A DNA stretch of 64,000 nt from an uncultured Fidelibacterota bacterium (GCA_913040915.1 CAJWHW010000007.1:11239-75238); one strand, 5' to 3'; counted from the first letter of the stretch, positions 32,920 through 43,362 are shown. The notes: a model not told the origin generated them from the sequence alone. Translations and numbers: made by a program.

Positions 32920-34012
32920 AAAAGCAGTTTTCCTAGGCAATGATCAATCAGATTGGGTGAATATTTCAGTTACTAACCCAATTGATACGCTTTCCCTTGA
33001 GATTGATGATTCGCCAGAAAAATTGGTTAATTTCATTCATAAACATACTGGAAGGTTTTTAGCTGGATTTATAACCTATGAATATGGTGTAAAACAAATG
33101 GGTGTTCCTGTAGATAATTATAAAGACATACCTGCTGTTTATTTTTGCGCTTTTGATAGTAGTGAAAAACCAAATCCTATTGCAAAAATTTCCATGCCGA
33201 GATGGGAAATCTTTGAACCCACTATATCTAAAAAAACTTATGAAACTAATTTTAAACATATAAAAGATCATATTTTTAGAGGCAATTTTTACCAAATCAA
33301 TTATACTTATCATCTCAAATCATTAGCTAATGTCCCAGCAGAAAATTTATTCTATAGTTTCAGAAAAAATAATAAGGTTGGATACTGTGCATTTTTTGAA
33401 ACAAATAATTGGGCAATCCATTCCTTATCGCCGGAACAATTTATAAAAATTAAAAATGGTATTATCACCACAAAACCTATCAAAGGAACTATAGTAAGAG
33501 GGGACACAAAAGAAGAAGATAAGTACAATTTGAGTATGCTACTTAGGAGCGAAAAAGAACAGGCAGAACTTTATATGATTATTGATCTCTTGAGGAATGA
33601 TCTAGGTAAAGTCTGTGAAACAGACTCAGTAAAAGTTTTTGAATCAAAATCTGTAAAAAAATTAGAAAAAGTATTCCATACCTATGGAAAAATACAGGGC
33701 ACTTTAAAATCAACTTTGAGTCCTATAGAAGCTTTAATCTCCATGCTACCCGGCGGTTCTATTTCCGGATGTCCGAAAAAACGAGCTTGTGAAATCATAC
33801 ATGAATTGGAATTAAACCCAAGAGGTGTTTATACCGGCACAATAGGATACATCCTACCTGATGGCACCCTTAATTTTAATATTGCTATTCGGACCGCTGT
33901 ACAGCAAAAAGATAAATTAACACTGGGTGTTGGAGGTGGTATTACCGTGGATTCAAATTGTTTCGATGAATATGATGAAACATTAGCAAAAGCTATGTCT
34001 TTTCAACCATGA
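32912..34012 (+). CDS. pabB: Aminodeoxychorismate synthase component I (short N-terminal domain)
   Basis: SPEQF, PIKGT (PabB-type; TrpE has PIAGT), AELYMIIDLLRNDLG, PGGSISGCPK and NIAIRT. Confidence 0.85.
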   Translation: MFKKAVFLGNDQSDWVNISVTNPIDTLSLEIDDSPEKLVNFIHKHTGRFLAGFITYEYGVKQMGVPVDNYKDIPAVYFCAFDSSEKPNPIAKISMPRWEIFEPTISKKTYETNFKHIKDHIFRGNFYQINYTYHLKSLANVPAENLFYSFRKNNKVGYCAFFETNNWAIHSLSPEQFIKIKNGIITTKPIKGTIVRGDTKEEDKYNLSMLLRSEKEQAELYMIIDLLRNDLGKVCETDSVKVFESKSVKKLEKVFHTYGKIQGTLKSTLSPIEALISMLPGGSISGCPKKRACEIIHELELNPRGVYTGTIGYILPDGTLNFNIAIRTAVQQKDKLTLGVGGGITVDSNCFDEYDETLAKAMSFQP

Positions 34013-34797
34013 TAACAGCACTTGTTAATAATGAATGGGAAAGGATTCCCCCTGAGTCTCTCAAGCTGGGAGAAAATACTTTTGCATTTAAACAAGGGCT
34101 GTATGAGACATTTCGTACTTTGGATTATAGGCCTGTATTTTTAGCTCCACATTTAGATCGAATTTTTAATTCAGCAAAATTGACTGGACTTGACATCCAT
34201 TATCAAAAAGAAGAATTGTTAAATATGGTAAATCGGGTTGTTAGATCTTTCCACGATCCAAATCAGCGGGCACGAATTTTGGTCGTCCCTAACAAATTAA
34301 TTATCTATACTTCATCATTAAATTTGGATCCAATTATTTATAAAGGGGTTTCTGCCATTACAGTATTGGGCACACGGGAAACTCCAGATTTAAAAACGAC
34401 CAATTATAAAGTTTGTTATGATGCATGGAAATTGGCGGAAAAACAAAATTGTTTTGAAGCGATATTGATTGATAATGATGGCTCAGTTTTGGAGGGCAGT
34501 CGAAGTAATATCTTTTGGATAAAGGATGGAAAACTATTTACACGCGAGGGTAATGTTCTACCAGGTATCACGCGACAAACAATCATTAAATATTCACCCT
34601 ACCCAATTACTTTTGAATCATTGAATCAGAATGAAATTTGCTCTTTAGATGAGTTATTCTTAACAAACAGCGGCTCCGGAATTGTTCCTATCATACAAGT
34701 AGATAAGCATTCAATTAATGGTTGTTTAATTGGCAAAATGACACATCAATTATTAAAACTTTATAATGATTGGATGTACAATGATATAAAAGAGTAA
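34009..34797 (+). CDS. pabC: Class IV aminotransferase, probable 4-amino-4-deoxychorismate lyase
   Basis: GLYETFR, HLDRI, LKTTNY, EGSRSNIF and LPGITR; coupled to pabB. Confidence 0.72.
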   Translation: MITALVNNEWERIPPESLKLGENTFAFKQGLYETFRTLDYRPVFLAPHLDRIFNSAKLTGLDIHYQKEELLNMVNRVVRSFHDPNQRARILVVPNKLIIYTSSLNLDPIIYKGVSAITVLGTRETPDLKTTNYKVCYDAWKLAEKQNCFEAILIDNDGSVLEGSRSNIFWIKDGKLFTREGNVLPGITRQTIIKYSPYPITFESLNQNEICSLDELFLTNSGSGIVPIIQVDKHSINGCLIGKMTHQLLKLYNDWMYNDIKE

Positions 34798-34812
34798 TTT
34801 TTGATTTGAGTT

Positions 34813-35295
34813 ATGAAAATAATTAATCAAATAAATATAAAACCCAGCGTGCGTGGTGAACATGGTTTACCCAAAAACTCTGTTCATCGTGTTCATATTT
34901 CTAAAATGGGCTTGGAAGGTGATTATAATCATTGGCGGAAAAACAAAAAACATAATGACCCTGATATGGCCGTTTTACTTTATCCTGTTGAAACCATAGA
35001 TGAATTGAATAATGAAGGTTGGCCTGTAAGGCCTGGTGATCTAGGTGAAAATTTGACAATTTCTGGTTTTAAACATTGCCACTTTAAACCAAATCAACAA
35101 TATCAAATTGGGGATTGTATCTTGGAAATTTCTTTGGAGTGTGATCCATGTACTAACCTTTCCGTACTTCCTTATGTGGGCAAACGAAAGATAAATGAAT
35201 TTATTAAAACCACCATGAAAAGACGAGGTTGGTATGCCCGTGTAATAAATGAAGGTTGGGTGGAAAAGGGCAATGAATTAAAACAGATTACATGA
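34813..35295 (+). CDS. MOSC domain protein (YiiM-like)
   Basis: GLEGD, AVLLY, PGDLGENL, CDPC and RRGWYARV..G.V..G. Confidence 0.85.
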   Translation: MKIINQINIKPSVRGEHGLPKNSVHRVHISKMGLEGDYNHWRKNKKHNDPDMAVLLYPVETIDELNNEGWPVRPGDLGENLTISGFKHCHFKPNQQYQIGDCILEISLECDPCTNLSVLPYVGKRKINEFIKTTMKRRGWYARVINEGWVEKGNELKQIT

Positions 35296-36011
35296 GTCAA
35301 ACAAAAAAATATAATATTTCAGGTATGACTTGCAGTGAATGTGTGGTTTTAATTAAAGATAAACTTCAAATTATCCAACAGGTTGAGAATGCTGAAGTTT
35401 CTTTGGAATCAAATTCCGTTCATTTGACCACTTCAACACCCGTTTCCATAAATATCTTACAGACAGCACTGCCAGAAAAATATACATTAAATGAACTGGA
35501 AACATCACCAAATAAAAAACCCATAATTGAAAATAAATCTGACTTAGGACAGTTATACCCACTTTTTCTTATCTTTTTTTATATCACAGCTTCAACTCTT
35601 ATCATAAATAGGGCTGATCTTAACGTAAGAAATTTCATGTATGATTTTATGGGGATTTTTTATATTGTTTTCAGTTTTTTTAAATTTCTAGATTATAAAA
35701 ATTTCCCAGATTCATTTGCTAAATATGATCCACTCGCAAAAATTATGCCTTTTTATGGATGGTCCTACCCATTCATTGAGACAATTTTAGGGATGTTATT
35801 TTTATTCAGATTAAAGCTCCAATTTGCATTGATTACAACTCTGGTAATTCTTGGCCTAACAACCGTTGGGGTTACGAAAGTATTGCTAAATAAAAACCCG
35901 ATCCAGTGTGCGTGTCTAGGTACATCCATCAAACTGCCTATGACTAGAGCAACCATCATTGAAAACAGCGTAATGCTAATGATGGCAATTTGGATGCTGC
36001 AATATAATTAG
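35292..36011 (+). CDS. Heavy-metal-associated (HMA) domain fused to a MauE/DoxX-like membrane domain
   Basis: GMTCSEC metal-binding motif; TM region with FAKYDPLA, YPFIE and IQCACLG. Confidence 0.82.
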   Translation: MSQTKKYNISGMTCSECVVLIKDKLQIIQQVENAEVSLESNSVHLTTSTPVSINILQTALPEKYTLNELETSPNKKPIIENKSDLGQLYPLFLIFFYITASTLIINRADLNVRNFMYDFMGIFYIVFSFFKFLDYKNFPDSFAKYDPLAKIMPFYGWSYPFIETILGMLFLFRLKLQFALITTLVILGLTTVGVTKVLLNKNPIQCACLGTSIKLPMTRATIIENSVMLMMAIWMLQYN

Positions 36012-36113
36012 AAAATATTTCATAAATTAATTTGTAAGCTCATTACAGTTTTTTCGACTGAATTTTTACTTTTATAAAATGATATTTTTGAATATTAATT
36101 TTTATTTGACAGT

Positions 36114-38363
36114 ATGTTAAATAGTTTTTCTAAGTTTATAATTAATCATCCTAGGATAATACTATCCAGTGTTTTTATCATTTCGCTTTTTCTTTCTTTT
36201 TTTATTCCGAATCTGAAAATTGATTTTTCCATTGAGCATTTATTTTCACAAAAGGATCCTGGAGTTGAAAAATATTTTTCATTTCGAGATACTTTTGGGC
36301 GGGAAGATAATGTTTTAACAATCATATATAAGCCAATAAATGTCTACGAGAAACAACTTTATATTGAGCTCGAGGAGTTGGTTTATGGCATAGAAGAATT
36401 AGATGGTGTAAAGAATGTAATATCTATTTTCACTTTAAGTGACATAGACCTTAACGCTTGGTTAGGAAATTTACATGATGATTATTTTCCATGGGATAAG
36501 GATACAATTTTTAAAAAATTGAGTTATATACAACAAGACCCATCAATAGGATGTAGAGTAATCTCTAAAAATTTACAATATGGTTCAATAATTATATCTC
36601 TAAAAGATAATGCCAATAATCATGGTAGGCGCACTGAACTTCTTGAAGAAATAAAAATTCTTACATCAAAGACTTCTGCAGAATGGACGTATTCAGGAGT
36701 ATCTGTCTTGAGAACAGAATATGTTCGCTATATGCTTCGAGACAATTTTGTTTTTTTACCTCCAATAGCGGTTATTTTTATTTCCATTCTTAGTTTTATT
36801 TTTCGTAACTGGGCCTATGTTTTATTACCTACACTAACAGTGATAATAACTGTAATCTGGTTATTAGGCTTTATGGGAATATTTGGATTAGAAATAAATA
36901 TTATGACCTATATAGTGCCTACGCTTCTAATTATTATTGGTATAAGTGATGCAATCCATATCCAAGCAAGGTTCAGAGAAAATTTCATAAAATATCCTTC
37001 AGATCCACTGGAAGCAATGCTTACGACCATGAACCAGATGACAAAAGTAATTTTTCTAACTAGTGTTACAACAGCAATTGGATTTCTGGCGCTCATGACC
37101 ACATCTATTCAAATTGTTAGAGAATTTGGTATGGAAATCTCTATTGGGGTAATGTTTGCCTGGCTGGTATCTATATTAATAGTACCATCCGGAATTATTT
37201 TTTCACAACAATTCAAAGTTAGAAAAAAAGATACATTTCAACCTTTTCTTATTTGGTTATCAGGAATTATCCCCAATAACCCATGGGCATTTATTATTGT
37301 TCCGAGTCTCATATCTGCAATATGTATTTACAAGATTAAAGATATTTCTACTGATGCATCACTCATGGATGATTTAAGACCTAAAAATAAATTGTATCAG
37401 GATCTCAAATTAACAGAGAAAAATTTTGGTGGTGTATTACCGTTTGAAATTTTAGTAAAAACCAAATCAAAAGAAATGAAGCAGGATGAAGTTTCTATTG
37501 ATAGTGAAGTTTTGCAGTTATCTAAAATGATTCAACAGCTACTTGAAACTGAGTTGAAAAATAGTCGGTTTTTTTCAGTAAATAATTTACTGGAATCTGC
37601 AAAACGGATTCAGGCAGGAAACAAAGCTAGTGTCAGTGATGAAATATTATTAAACCAAATACTTGAAAACCAATCAAGTGGTCAAATCAATCTAATAAAT
37701 GAAGGAAGAGATGTCCTTAGAATAACAGGTCTCATAGAAGATAAAACATCTAATGAGATGAAACAGATCTATACCAAACTTGATTCACTTTCAGATACTT
37801 TTTCTGAAAAGGTTTCTATTGATTATACTGGCACGACTGTAGTAGCATTAAACACGAATGATTATCTAGTACAATCCCTGGTTAATAGTCTTGGACTAGC
37901 TTTGATATTCATCAGTGTAATTATGGCAATTATGTTCCGTACTAACTCCATCCTTTTCGCTAGCCTTGTAACAAATCTGATCCCCATCTTTTCTGTTTTA
38001 GGTATTTTGGCTTGGCTTGGTATCTCAATACGTCCGCCTACGGCAATGACATTTGCGGTGGCTCTGGGAATAGCAGTTGACGACAGTTTGCATTTTTTAC
38101 TACGATACAGACGAGAATTAAGAAACGGTTTAAACCGAGTAAATGCAATTAAAGCAACCATAATCCATACAGGCTCTGCACTTTTGATTACTACATCTAT
38201 ATTGGTTGCAGGGTTCTCTGTATTATTACTCTCTGCATTTCTTCCTACATATCAATTTGGACTATTATCGGCAGTTATGGTTGGGACTGCTCTTCTTTGT
38301 GACCTTACACTATTGCCGGCACTTTGCTTAATATTGCCGAATCCAAGAAAAAATGAGAACTAG
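36114..38363 (+). CDS. MMPL-family (RND superfamily) transporter
   Basis: Two-repeat topology with two large periplasmic loops; TM4/TM10-type motifs GISDAIH and GIAVDDSLH; TSVTTAIGF. Confidence 0.9.
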   Translation: MLNSFSKFIINHPRIILSSVFIISLFLSFFIPNLKIDFSIEHLFSQKDPGVEKYFSFRDTFGREDNVLTIIYKPINVYEKQLYIELEELVYGIEELDGVKNVISIFTLSDIDLNAWLGNLHDDYFPWDKDTIFKKLSYIQQDPSIGCRVISKNLQYGSIIISLKDNANNHGRRTELLEEIKILTSKTSAEWTYSGVSVLRTEYVRYMLRDNFVFLPPIAVIFISILSFIFRNWAYVLLPTLTVIITVIWLLGFMGIFGLEINIMTYIVPTLLIIIGISDAIHIQARFRENFIKYPSDPLEAMLTTMNQMTKVIFLTSVTTAIGFLALMTTSIQIVREFGMEISIGVMFAWLVSILIVPSGIIFSQQFKVRKKDTFQPFLIWLSGIIPNNPWAFIIVPSLISAICIYKIKDISTDASLMDDLRPKNKLYQDLKLTEKNFGGVLPFEILVKTKSKEMKQDEVSIDSEVLQLSKMIQQLLETELKNSRFFSVNNLLESAKRIQAGNKASVSDEILLNQILENQSSGQINLINEGRDVLRITGLIEDKTSNEMKQIYTKLDSLSDTFSEKVSIDYTGTTVVALNTNDYLVQSLVNSLGLALIFISVIMAIMFRTNSILFASLVTNLIPIFSVLGILAWLGISIRPPTAMTFAVALGIAVDDSLHFLLRYRRELRNGLNRVNAIKATIIHTGSALLITTSILVAGFSVLLLSAFLPTYQFGLLSAVMVGTALLCDLTLLPALCLILPNPRKNEN

Positions 38364-39444
38364 AAAAAACATATATCAGATCAGAATTATTGTTTTGGGT
38401 AATATTCTATATTGTTATCTCATTGGTCAAAATCTTTCACTTAAGGGAATGCTTACGCTAAGCGGCTTAATAGGTGATGATGCTCCAAGAAATCTGCCAA
38501 CTTATGAATCAAGTATAGACTATATCCCTACTTTATCTATAGTAAAGGAATTATCTAGTAATACTTTTCTAGATGCAGAATGGAGTTATAGGTTAAAAAA
38601 AGACTACTCAGGAGATTCGCTCTATAATAAGATATATAAGAAAAATCGTTTATGGGCAAGATATTCAAGTGAGAAAATTGAAGCTAGGCTTGGTCTTCAA
38701 AAAATTATTTTTGGACCCACACAAATTCTCCGATCGCTTTCATGGTTTGATACATTTGATATAAAGGATCCTACCGGTCAGACAGATGGCGTAGAATCTT
38801 TTCGACTCAGATGGTTTCCATCCAATTCAATAGGTATTTGGACATGGGCAGTCCAAAATGATCACAAAATTGTTTCTTATGGAGGACGGGGAGAGGTTTC
38901 GACTCTTTTGGGCGAATGGGGGATAACATTCCATCATGACCCCACAAACTCGTTACAAATGATCGGTCAAACCAAAGTCTTGATTGATCAAGCTCACAAC
39001 AGAATGGCCCTGGATTTTAGATACGACGGATTTATTGGCTTTTGGAATGAAAGTGCTTTTTTATTTTCTAAAGAAAATAATATTGCACTGGTTACCATAG
39101 GAGCTGATTACACCTTGCCAATTGCCACCGGGATCATGCTTATGACTGAATCTATGTTGGTAAAAGATTATCAAATTGATTCGAACTCTACACAAACAGC
39201 TTTAATGGCCAGTGTACCCCTGGGCATGGTTTATCAGCTCATGTTTATTTCTCAATTTAATTGGGAAGAAAAAAAGAATTATAACTTTTTACGCCTGACT
39301 GCAACTTATGATCAATATGCTTTAAATTTTATCATTTCAATTAATCCAAAACGATCTGATTATAATGAAGCTGCTTATTTCCTGCCTAATACAGTGGCTG
39401 GTTTTGGCACGAACCTAAAATTCGTCTTCATGTATAATCATTAG
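38353..39444 (+). CDS. Hypothetical protein, probable outer-membrane beta-barrel
   Basis: Signal-like N-terminus, many amphipathic strands (ARLGLQKIIFG, YGGRGEV, VTIGADYTL) and C-terminal LKFVFMYNH; overlaps the MMPL stop. Confidence 0.6.
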   Translation: MRTRKNIYQIRIIVLGNILYCYLIGQNLSLKGMLTLSGLIGDDAPRNLPTYESSIDYIPTLSIVKELSSNTFLDAEWSYRLKKDYSGDSLYNKIYKKNRLWARYSSEKIEARLGLQKIIFGPTQILRSLSWFDTFDIKDPTGQTDGVESFRLRWFPSNSIGIWTWAVQNDHKIVSYGGRGEVSTLLGEWGITFHHDPTNSLQMIGQTKVLIDQAHNRMALDFRYDGFIGFWNESAFLFSKENNIALVTIGADYTLPIATGIMLMTESMLVKDYQIDSNSTQTALMASVPLGMVYQLMFISQFNWEEKKNYNFLRLTATYDQYALNFIISINPKRSDYNEAAYFLPNTVAGFGTNLKFVFMYNH

Positions 39445-39453
39445 GATATAATA

Positions 39454-40170
39454 ATGCAAAATAATTCTGTAGTAACTATTGAAAACCTTACAAAGCAGTT
39501 TCCAGTAGGTGGCAGTTTTTTCACAGCACTTAAAGATGTGGATCTGACCATTAACAAAGGTGAATTCACCGGCTTAGTTGGGCCATCTGGATCAGGAAAA
39601 ACAACACTGTTAAATATTATCGGCGGACTGGATTCTCCCACTGAAGGGCAGGTCAACGTATTAGACAATGCTCTAAATGATACGTCCCATAACGCTCGAG
39701 CGCGCCTGCGCCGAAAACATATGGGTTTTATTTTCCAAAGCTATAACCTGTTGCCAGTCTACACTGTATTTGAGAATGTAGAACTACCACTGATCTTGAA
39801 TAAGGTTGAGCAGGAAGAGCGGAAAGATATGGTAAAAAAAGCGGTTAAATCCGTCGGGCTAACCGATAAGCTAAATTCTCGGCCAAATATGTTGAGCGGA
39901 GGTGAATGTCAACGAACGGCTATTGCCAGAGCAATTGTCCATCAACCGGAACTTGTGTTGGCAGATGAACCAACCGCTAATCTGGATGCAGAAAATTCTC
40001 ATCAAATTATGAAAATCCTCACAGATTTAAATGAAAAGTTAGATACTTCCTTTGTTTTTGCTACACACGATGAAAAAATCATGGCCTACTTAAGACGTAT
40101 AATTCGCCTAGGAGATGGCCAAATAACTGAAGATAAAAAGATTGAGAACCCCAATGGAAAGAAATACTAA
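39454..40170 (+). CDS. ABC transporter ATP-binding protein (LolD-like)
   Basis: GPSGSGKTT, GFIFQSYNL, LSGGECQRTAIARA, ADEPTANLD and FATHD. Confidence 0.92.
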   Translation: MQNNSVVTIENLTKQFPVGGSFFTALKDVDLTINKGEFTGLVGPSGSGKTTLLNIIGGLDSPTEGQVNVLDNALNDTSHNARARLRRKHMGFIFQSYNLLPVYTVFENVELPLILNKVEQEERKDMVKKAVKSVGLTDKLNSRPNMLSGGECQRTAIARAIVHQPELVLADEPTANLDAENSHQIMKILTDLNEKLDTSFVFATHDEKIMAYLRRIIRLGDGQITEDKKIENPNGKKY

Positions 40171-41345
40171 TGCTGTTTAAGGTTGCTATCAAGAATCTGT
40201 TGGGCGCTAGGTTACGTACTATTCTGAATGTTCTTGTAACCGCTTTTTCATTTTTCTTAATCCTGTTCATGTCAGCAATGTATAATGGCATGCTGCAACA
40301 CGCCAAACAAGTCACCATGGATACAGAAATTGCCGGTGGCGCTTATTGGCACCCGGATTACGACCCACTGGATCCCATGACATTTGAAGATGCTCATTCA
40401 TCCCTACCAGAAGAAATACAATCATTGGTAAATCAAAATAATGCTTTCCCAGTATTGGTAAGCCAGGCATCCATCTATCCCGCAGGTCGCATCATGCCTG
40501 CCATTATGAAGGGTATTCCACCTGATCAAAGTATTGTAAATATGCCAACTAATGCACTTTCAAAAAACAATGATATATCAATTCCCGTCTTGATCGGTAA
40601 AGGAATGGCCAGCAATACAAAGCTGAAAGTGGGTGATACCTTTATCATCCGCTGGCTGGATGCTGATCGAACTTATGATGCAGATGAAGGTACGGTCGTA
40701 CACATTATGGATACGGAAAATTTCAAACTTGACATTGGCCATATCTGGATACCACTGGATAAAGCCCGATCTATGCTAGCCATGGAAAATGAAGCCACTT
40801 ACGTGACCTTTGAAAAAGGAGTGCCTTTAGTTCATAACCTTGGTGGTTGGATTCCCCGCGATATTAATTATCTAGTCCAGGATATGGAAGCTATTATTGA
40901 AGCAGACAAGCCTCAGGCCCAAGTCATGTATATGATCCTATTAGCCTTGGCTGCCATGGGAATTTTTAACGCTCAAGTATTATCTATCTTTCGCCGAGGA
41001 AGAGAGATCGGGACACTCATGGCAATAGGCATGACACGTCCAAGAGTGGTAGGACTTTTCACCTTAGAAGGAGGTCTCAATGCAATATTGGCAGCAGTAG
41101 CAACACTCATCTTTTTTGGTCCTGCACTCTGGTATTTTGGTGTATATGGAATACCGTTGCCAATTGATTACACCGAGATGGGTTTGATCATCGCAAAACG
41201 ACTGATACCGGTTTATACCATAGGCCTAGTTTTATCAACTACTATTCTTGTTTCACTGGTTGTATTGATTGTGAGCTATATACCGGCCAGGCGCATCACA
41301 CGAATGCAACCAACAGATGCTCTGAGAGGTAAGGCGATAGCATGA
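40170..41345 (+). CDS. ABC permease, FtsX/LolC-E family
   Basis: 1+3 TM topology with periplasmic domain; RGREIGTLMAIG and PARRITRMQPTDALR. Confidence 0.88.
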   Translation: MLFKVAIKNLLGARLRTILNVLVTAFSFFLILFMSAMYNGMLQHAKQVTMDTEIAGGAYWHPDYDPLDPMTFEDAHSSLPEEIQSLVNQNNAFPVLVSQASIYPAGRIMPAIMKGIPPDQSIVNMPTNALSKNNDISIPVLIGKGMASNTKLKVGDTFIIRWLDADRTYDADEGTVVHIMDTENFKLDIGHIWIPLDKARSMLAMENEATYVTFEKGVPLVHNLGGWIPRDINYLVQDMEAIIEADKPQAQVMYMILLALAAMGIFNAQVLSIFRRGREIGTLMAIGMTRPRVVGLFTLEGGLNAILAAVATLIFFGPALWYFGVYGIPLPIDYTEMGLIIAKRLIPVYTIGLVLSTTILVSLVVLIVSYIPARRITRMQPTDALRGKAIA

Positions 41346-42625
41346 TCAAATTTTTAACTAAAGGATTACTCCGAGACCGTTCCCGCAGTCTGTTCCCGTT
41401 TTTGGTAATAACGCTTACAGTTGCACTCGTTATATTCTCGCTCGGCTTTATGAAAGGTACTATGAACAGTATGCTACTTGACACCGCCGTGATCATGACC
41501 GGGCATGAAAAAGTAGTTACACGCGCCTACAATGAAGAAAGCCAACTCATGCCCAATGACCTGGCCTTATTGGAAGTAGATGAGCTTGTTGATGAGCTAA
41601 GTCAGAATTATCCGGAGTTGTTCTGGTTACCGCGAATTACCTTTGCAGGGTTATTAGATGTTCCAGATGAAGTGGGTGAAACAAAAGCACAGGGTCCCGT
41701 GCTTGCTTTTGGTATTGATTTCTTTAATTCTGGATCTCGTGAAGTTGAAATTTGGGAATTGGAAAAATTGATATTGAGTGGAACACTGCCTAAGAATAAA
41801 GATGATGCTCTTATTAGTTCAAAATTGGCGAATCAATTGAACGTAAAAGCTGGAGAGAGAGTCACATTTATAGGTTCCACCATGAATAATGCTTTTACAA
41901 CCTACAATTTCAATATTGCAGGCACGTTTAACTTGCGTAAGGGACAGACAGACAGGCAAATGATGCTTGTTGACCTCTCCGGTGCCCGCAATGCGTTGAA
42001 TATGGATAATGCTGCTTCAGCCATTTTCGGATTTAGCCACTCGTTATATTATGATGACGAAGCAGCCGTTATACGTCGTACAACATATAATGAAACCTAT
42101 AGTGACAGTATGGATATTTTTAGTCCTTTTATGCTTGCCCTACGGGATGGAAATCAGATGGGATCAATAGTAGATATAAGCGATGCAATGATGTCTATTA
42201 TGGGAGGAGTATTTTTAGTCGTGGTGATGGTTGTTCTCTGGAACATGGGACTCATGAGCGGTCTGCGCCGCTATGGTGAAGTCGGATTACGACTAGCTCT
42301 TGGGGAGTCCAAGGGACAGGTTTACCGATCTATGATCTCTGAAGCGTTAATCATCGGATTAACCGGAACGATAATGGGAACGGGCATTGGGCTTGCTATT
42401 ACCTATTTTGTCCAGGAGTATGGCATAGATTACACACAAGGAATAGAGGCATTATCAAATTCGTCTATGGTGATGCCCAATGTATTTTATGCTCAAGTTA
42501 CACCAGATCTATTTTTTATTGGATTTATTCCTGGCGTTTTGGCCACTTTACTAGGTACCATGCTAGCTGGCCTGGGCATATACAAACGGGAAATGGCGCA
42601 ATTATTCAAGGAACTGGAAACATGA
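41342..42625 (+). CDS. ABC permease, FtsX/LolC-E family
   Basis: Same topology; RRYGEVGLRLALGE; 4-nt overlap with the previous permease. Confidence 0.88.
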   Translation: MIKFLTKGLLRDRSRSLFPFLVITLTVALVIFSLGFMKGTMNSMLLDTAVIMTGHEKVVTRAYNEESQLMPNDLALLEVDELVDELSQNYPELFWLPRITFAGLLDVPDEVGETKAQGPVLAFGIDFFNSGSREVEIWELEKLILSGTLPKNKDDALISSKLANQLNVKAGERVTFIGSTMNNAFTTYNFNIAGTFNLRKGQTDRQMMLVDLSGARNALNMDNAASAIFGFSHSLYYDDEAAVIRRTTYNETYSDSMDIFSPFMLALRDGNQMGSIVDISDAMMSIMGGVFLVVVMVVLWNMGLMSGLRRYGEVGLRLALGESKGQVYRSMISEALIIGLTGTIMGTGIGLAITYFVQEYGIDYTQGIEALSNSSMVMPNVFYAQVTPDLFFIGFIPGVLATLLGTMLAGLGIYKREMAQLFKELET

Positions 42626-43362
42626 TTAAATTTGTTATTCTTTTAATTTCTTTCACATTTATTACGGGACAATCCAAAGAAATGACTGTGGATGATATTA
42701 TTCAGGCTATGGATAAAAATATGAATGCGAAATCCCGGATACTGACAAGCAAAATGGTTGTACACAGTAGGCGGGCAAGTCGTACCATTGAATCTCGTAA
42801 TTGGGTTGTGGGAACAGATAAAGCATTCACCGAATATTTATCTCCACCCAGAGAAGCGGGTACAAAAATGCTCAAATTAGGCGATAAGCTTTGGACCTAT
42901 TCGCCACAAACAGATCGAGTGATCCAGATCTCTGGCCACATGCTACGTCAATCTGTTATGGGGTCAGATATGTCCTACAGTGATATGATGGAAGACCGTC
43001 CATTGATGGATCTCTACGATGCTAAAATAGAAGGTTCTGTTGAAATTGATGGAAGGGATCATTGGATAATGATGTTAACAGCCAAAGTGAAAGGATTATC
43101 TTACCCTATGCGCAGAGCATGGATTGACAAAGAATATCTGGTCCCCATGAAAGAAGAATTATATGCCAAAAGCGGTAAACTACTAAAAACATCTACTATG
43201 CACGGCATCAAAAATGTACAGAATAGGTGGTTTCCTTCTCGTTTTATATTTAAGGATGAATTAAAACGAAATAGCAAAGGAACAGAATGGGTAATTGATG
43301 AAATTGAGTTTGATAGTGAGATTTCAGAATCTCGATTCTCAAAGGCACTACTTAGAAAATAA
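42622..43362 (+). CDS. LolA-like outer-membrane lipoprotein-sorting protein
   Basis: Signal peptide; YLSPPREAGTKML, LWTYSP, MGSDMSYSD and ELYAKSGKLLK typical of the LolA_like family. Confidence 0.82.
   Translation: MIKFVILLISFTFITGQSKEMTVDDIIQAMDKNMNAKSRILTSKMVVHSRRASRTIESRNWVVGTDKAFTEYLSPPREAGTKMLKLGDKLWTYSPQTDRVIQISGHMLRQSVMGSDMSYSDMMEDRPLMDLYDAKIEGSVEIDGRDHWIMMLTAKVKGLSYPMRRAWIDKEYLVPMKEELYAKSGKLLKTSTMHGIKNVQNRWFPSRFIFKDELKRNSKGTEWVIDEIEFDSEISESRFSKALLRK

Noticed and set aside
32368..34012. Calling the pair trpG/trpE (anthranilate synthase)
   Set aside because: The PIKGT motif, the adjacent class IV lyase and the absence of other trp genes favour pabA/pabB.
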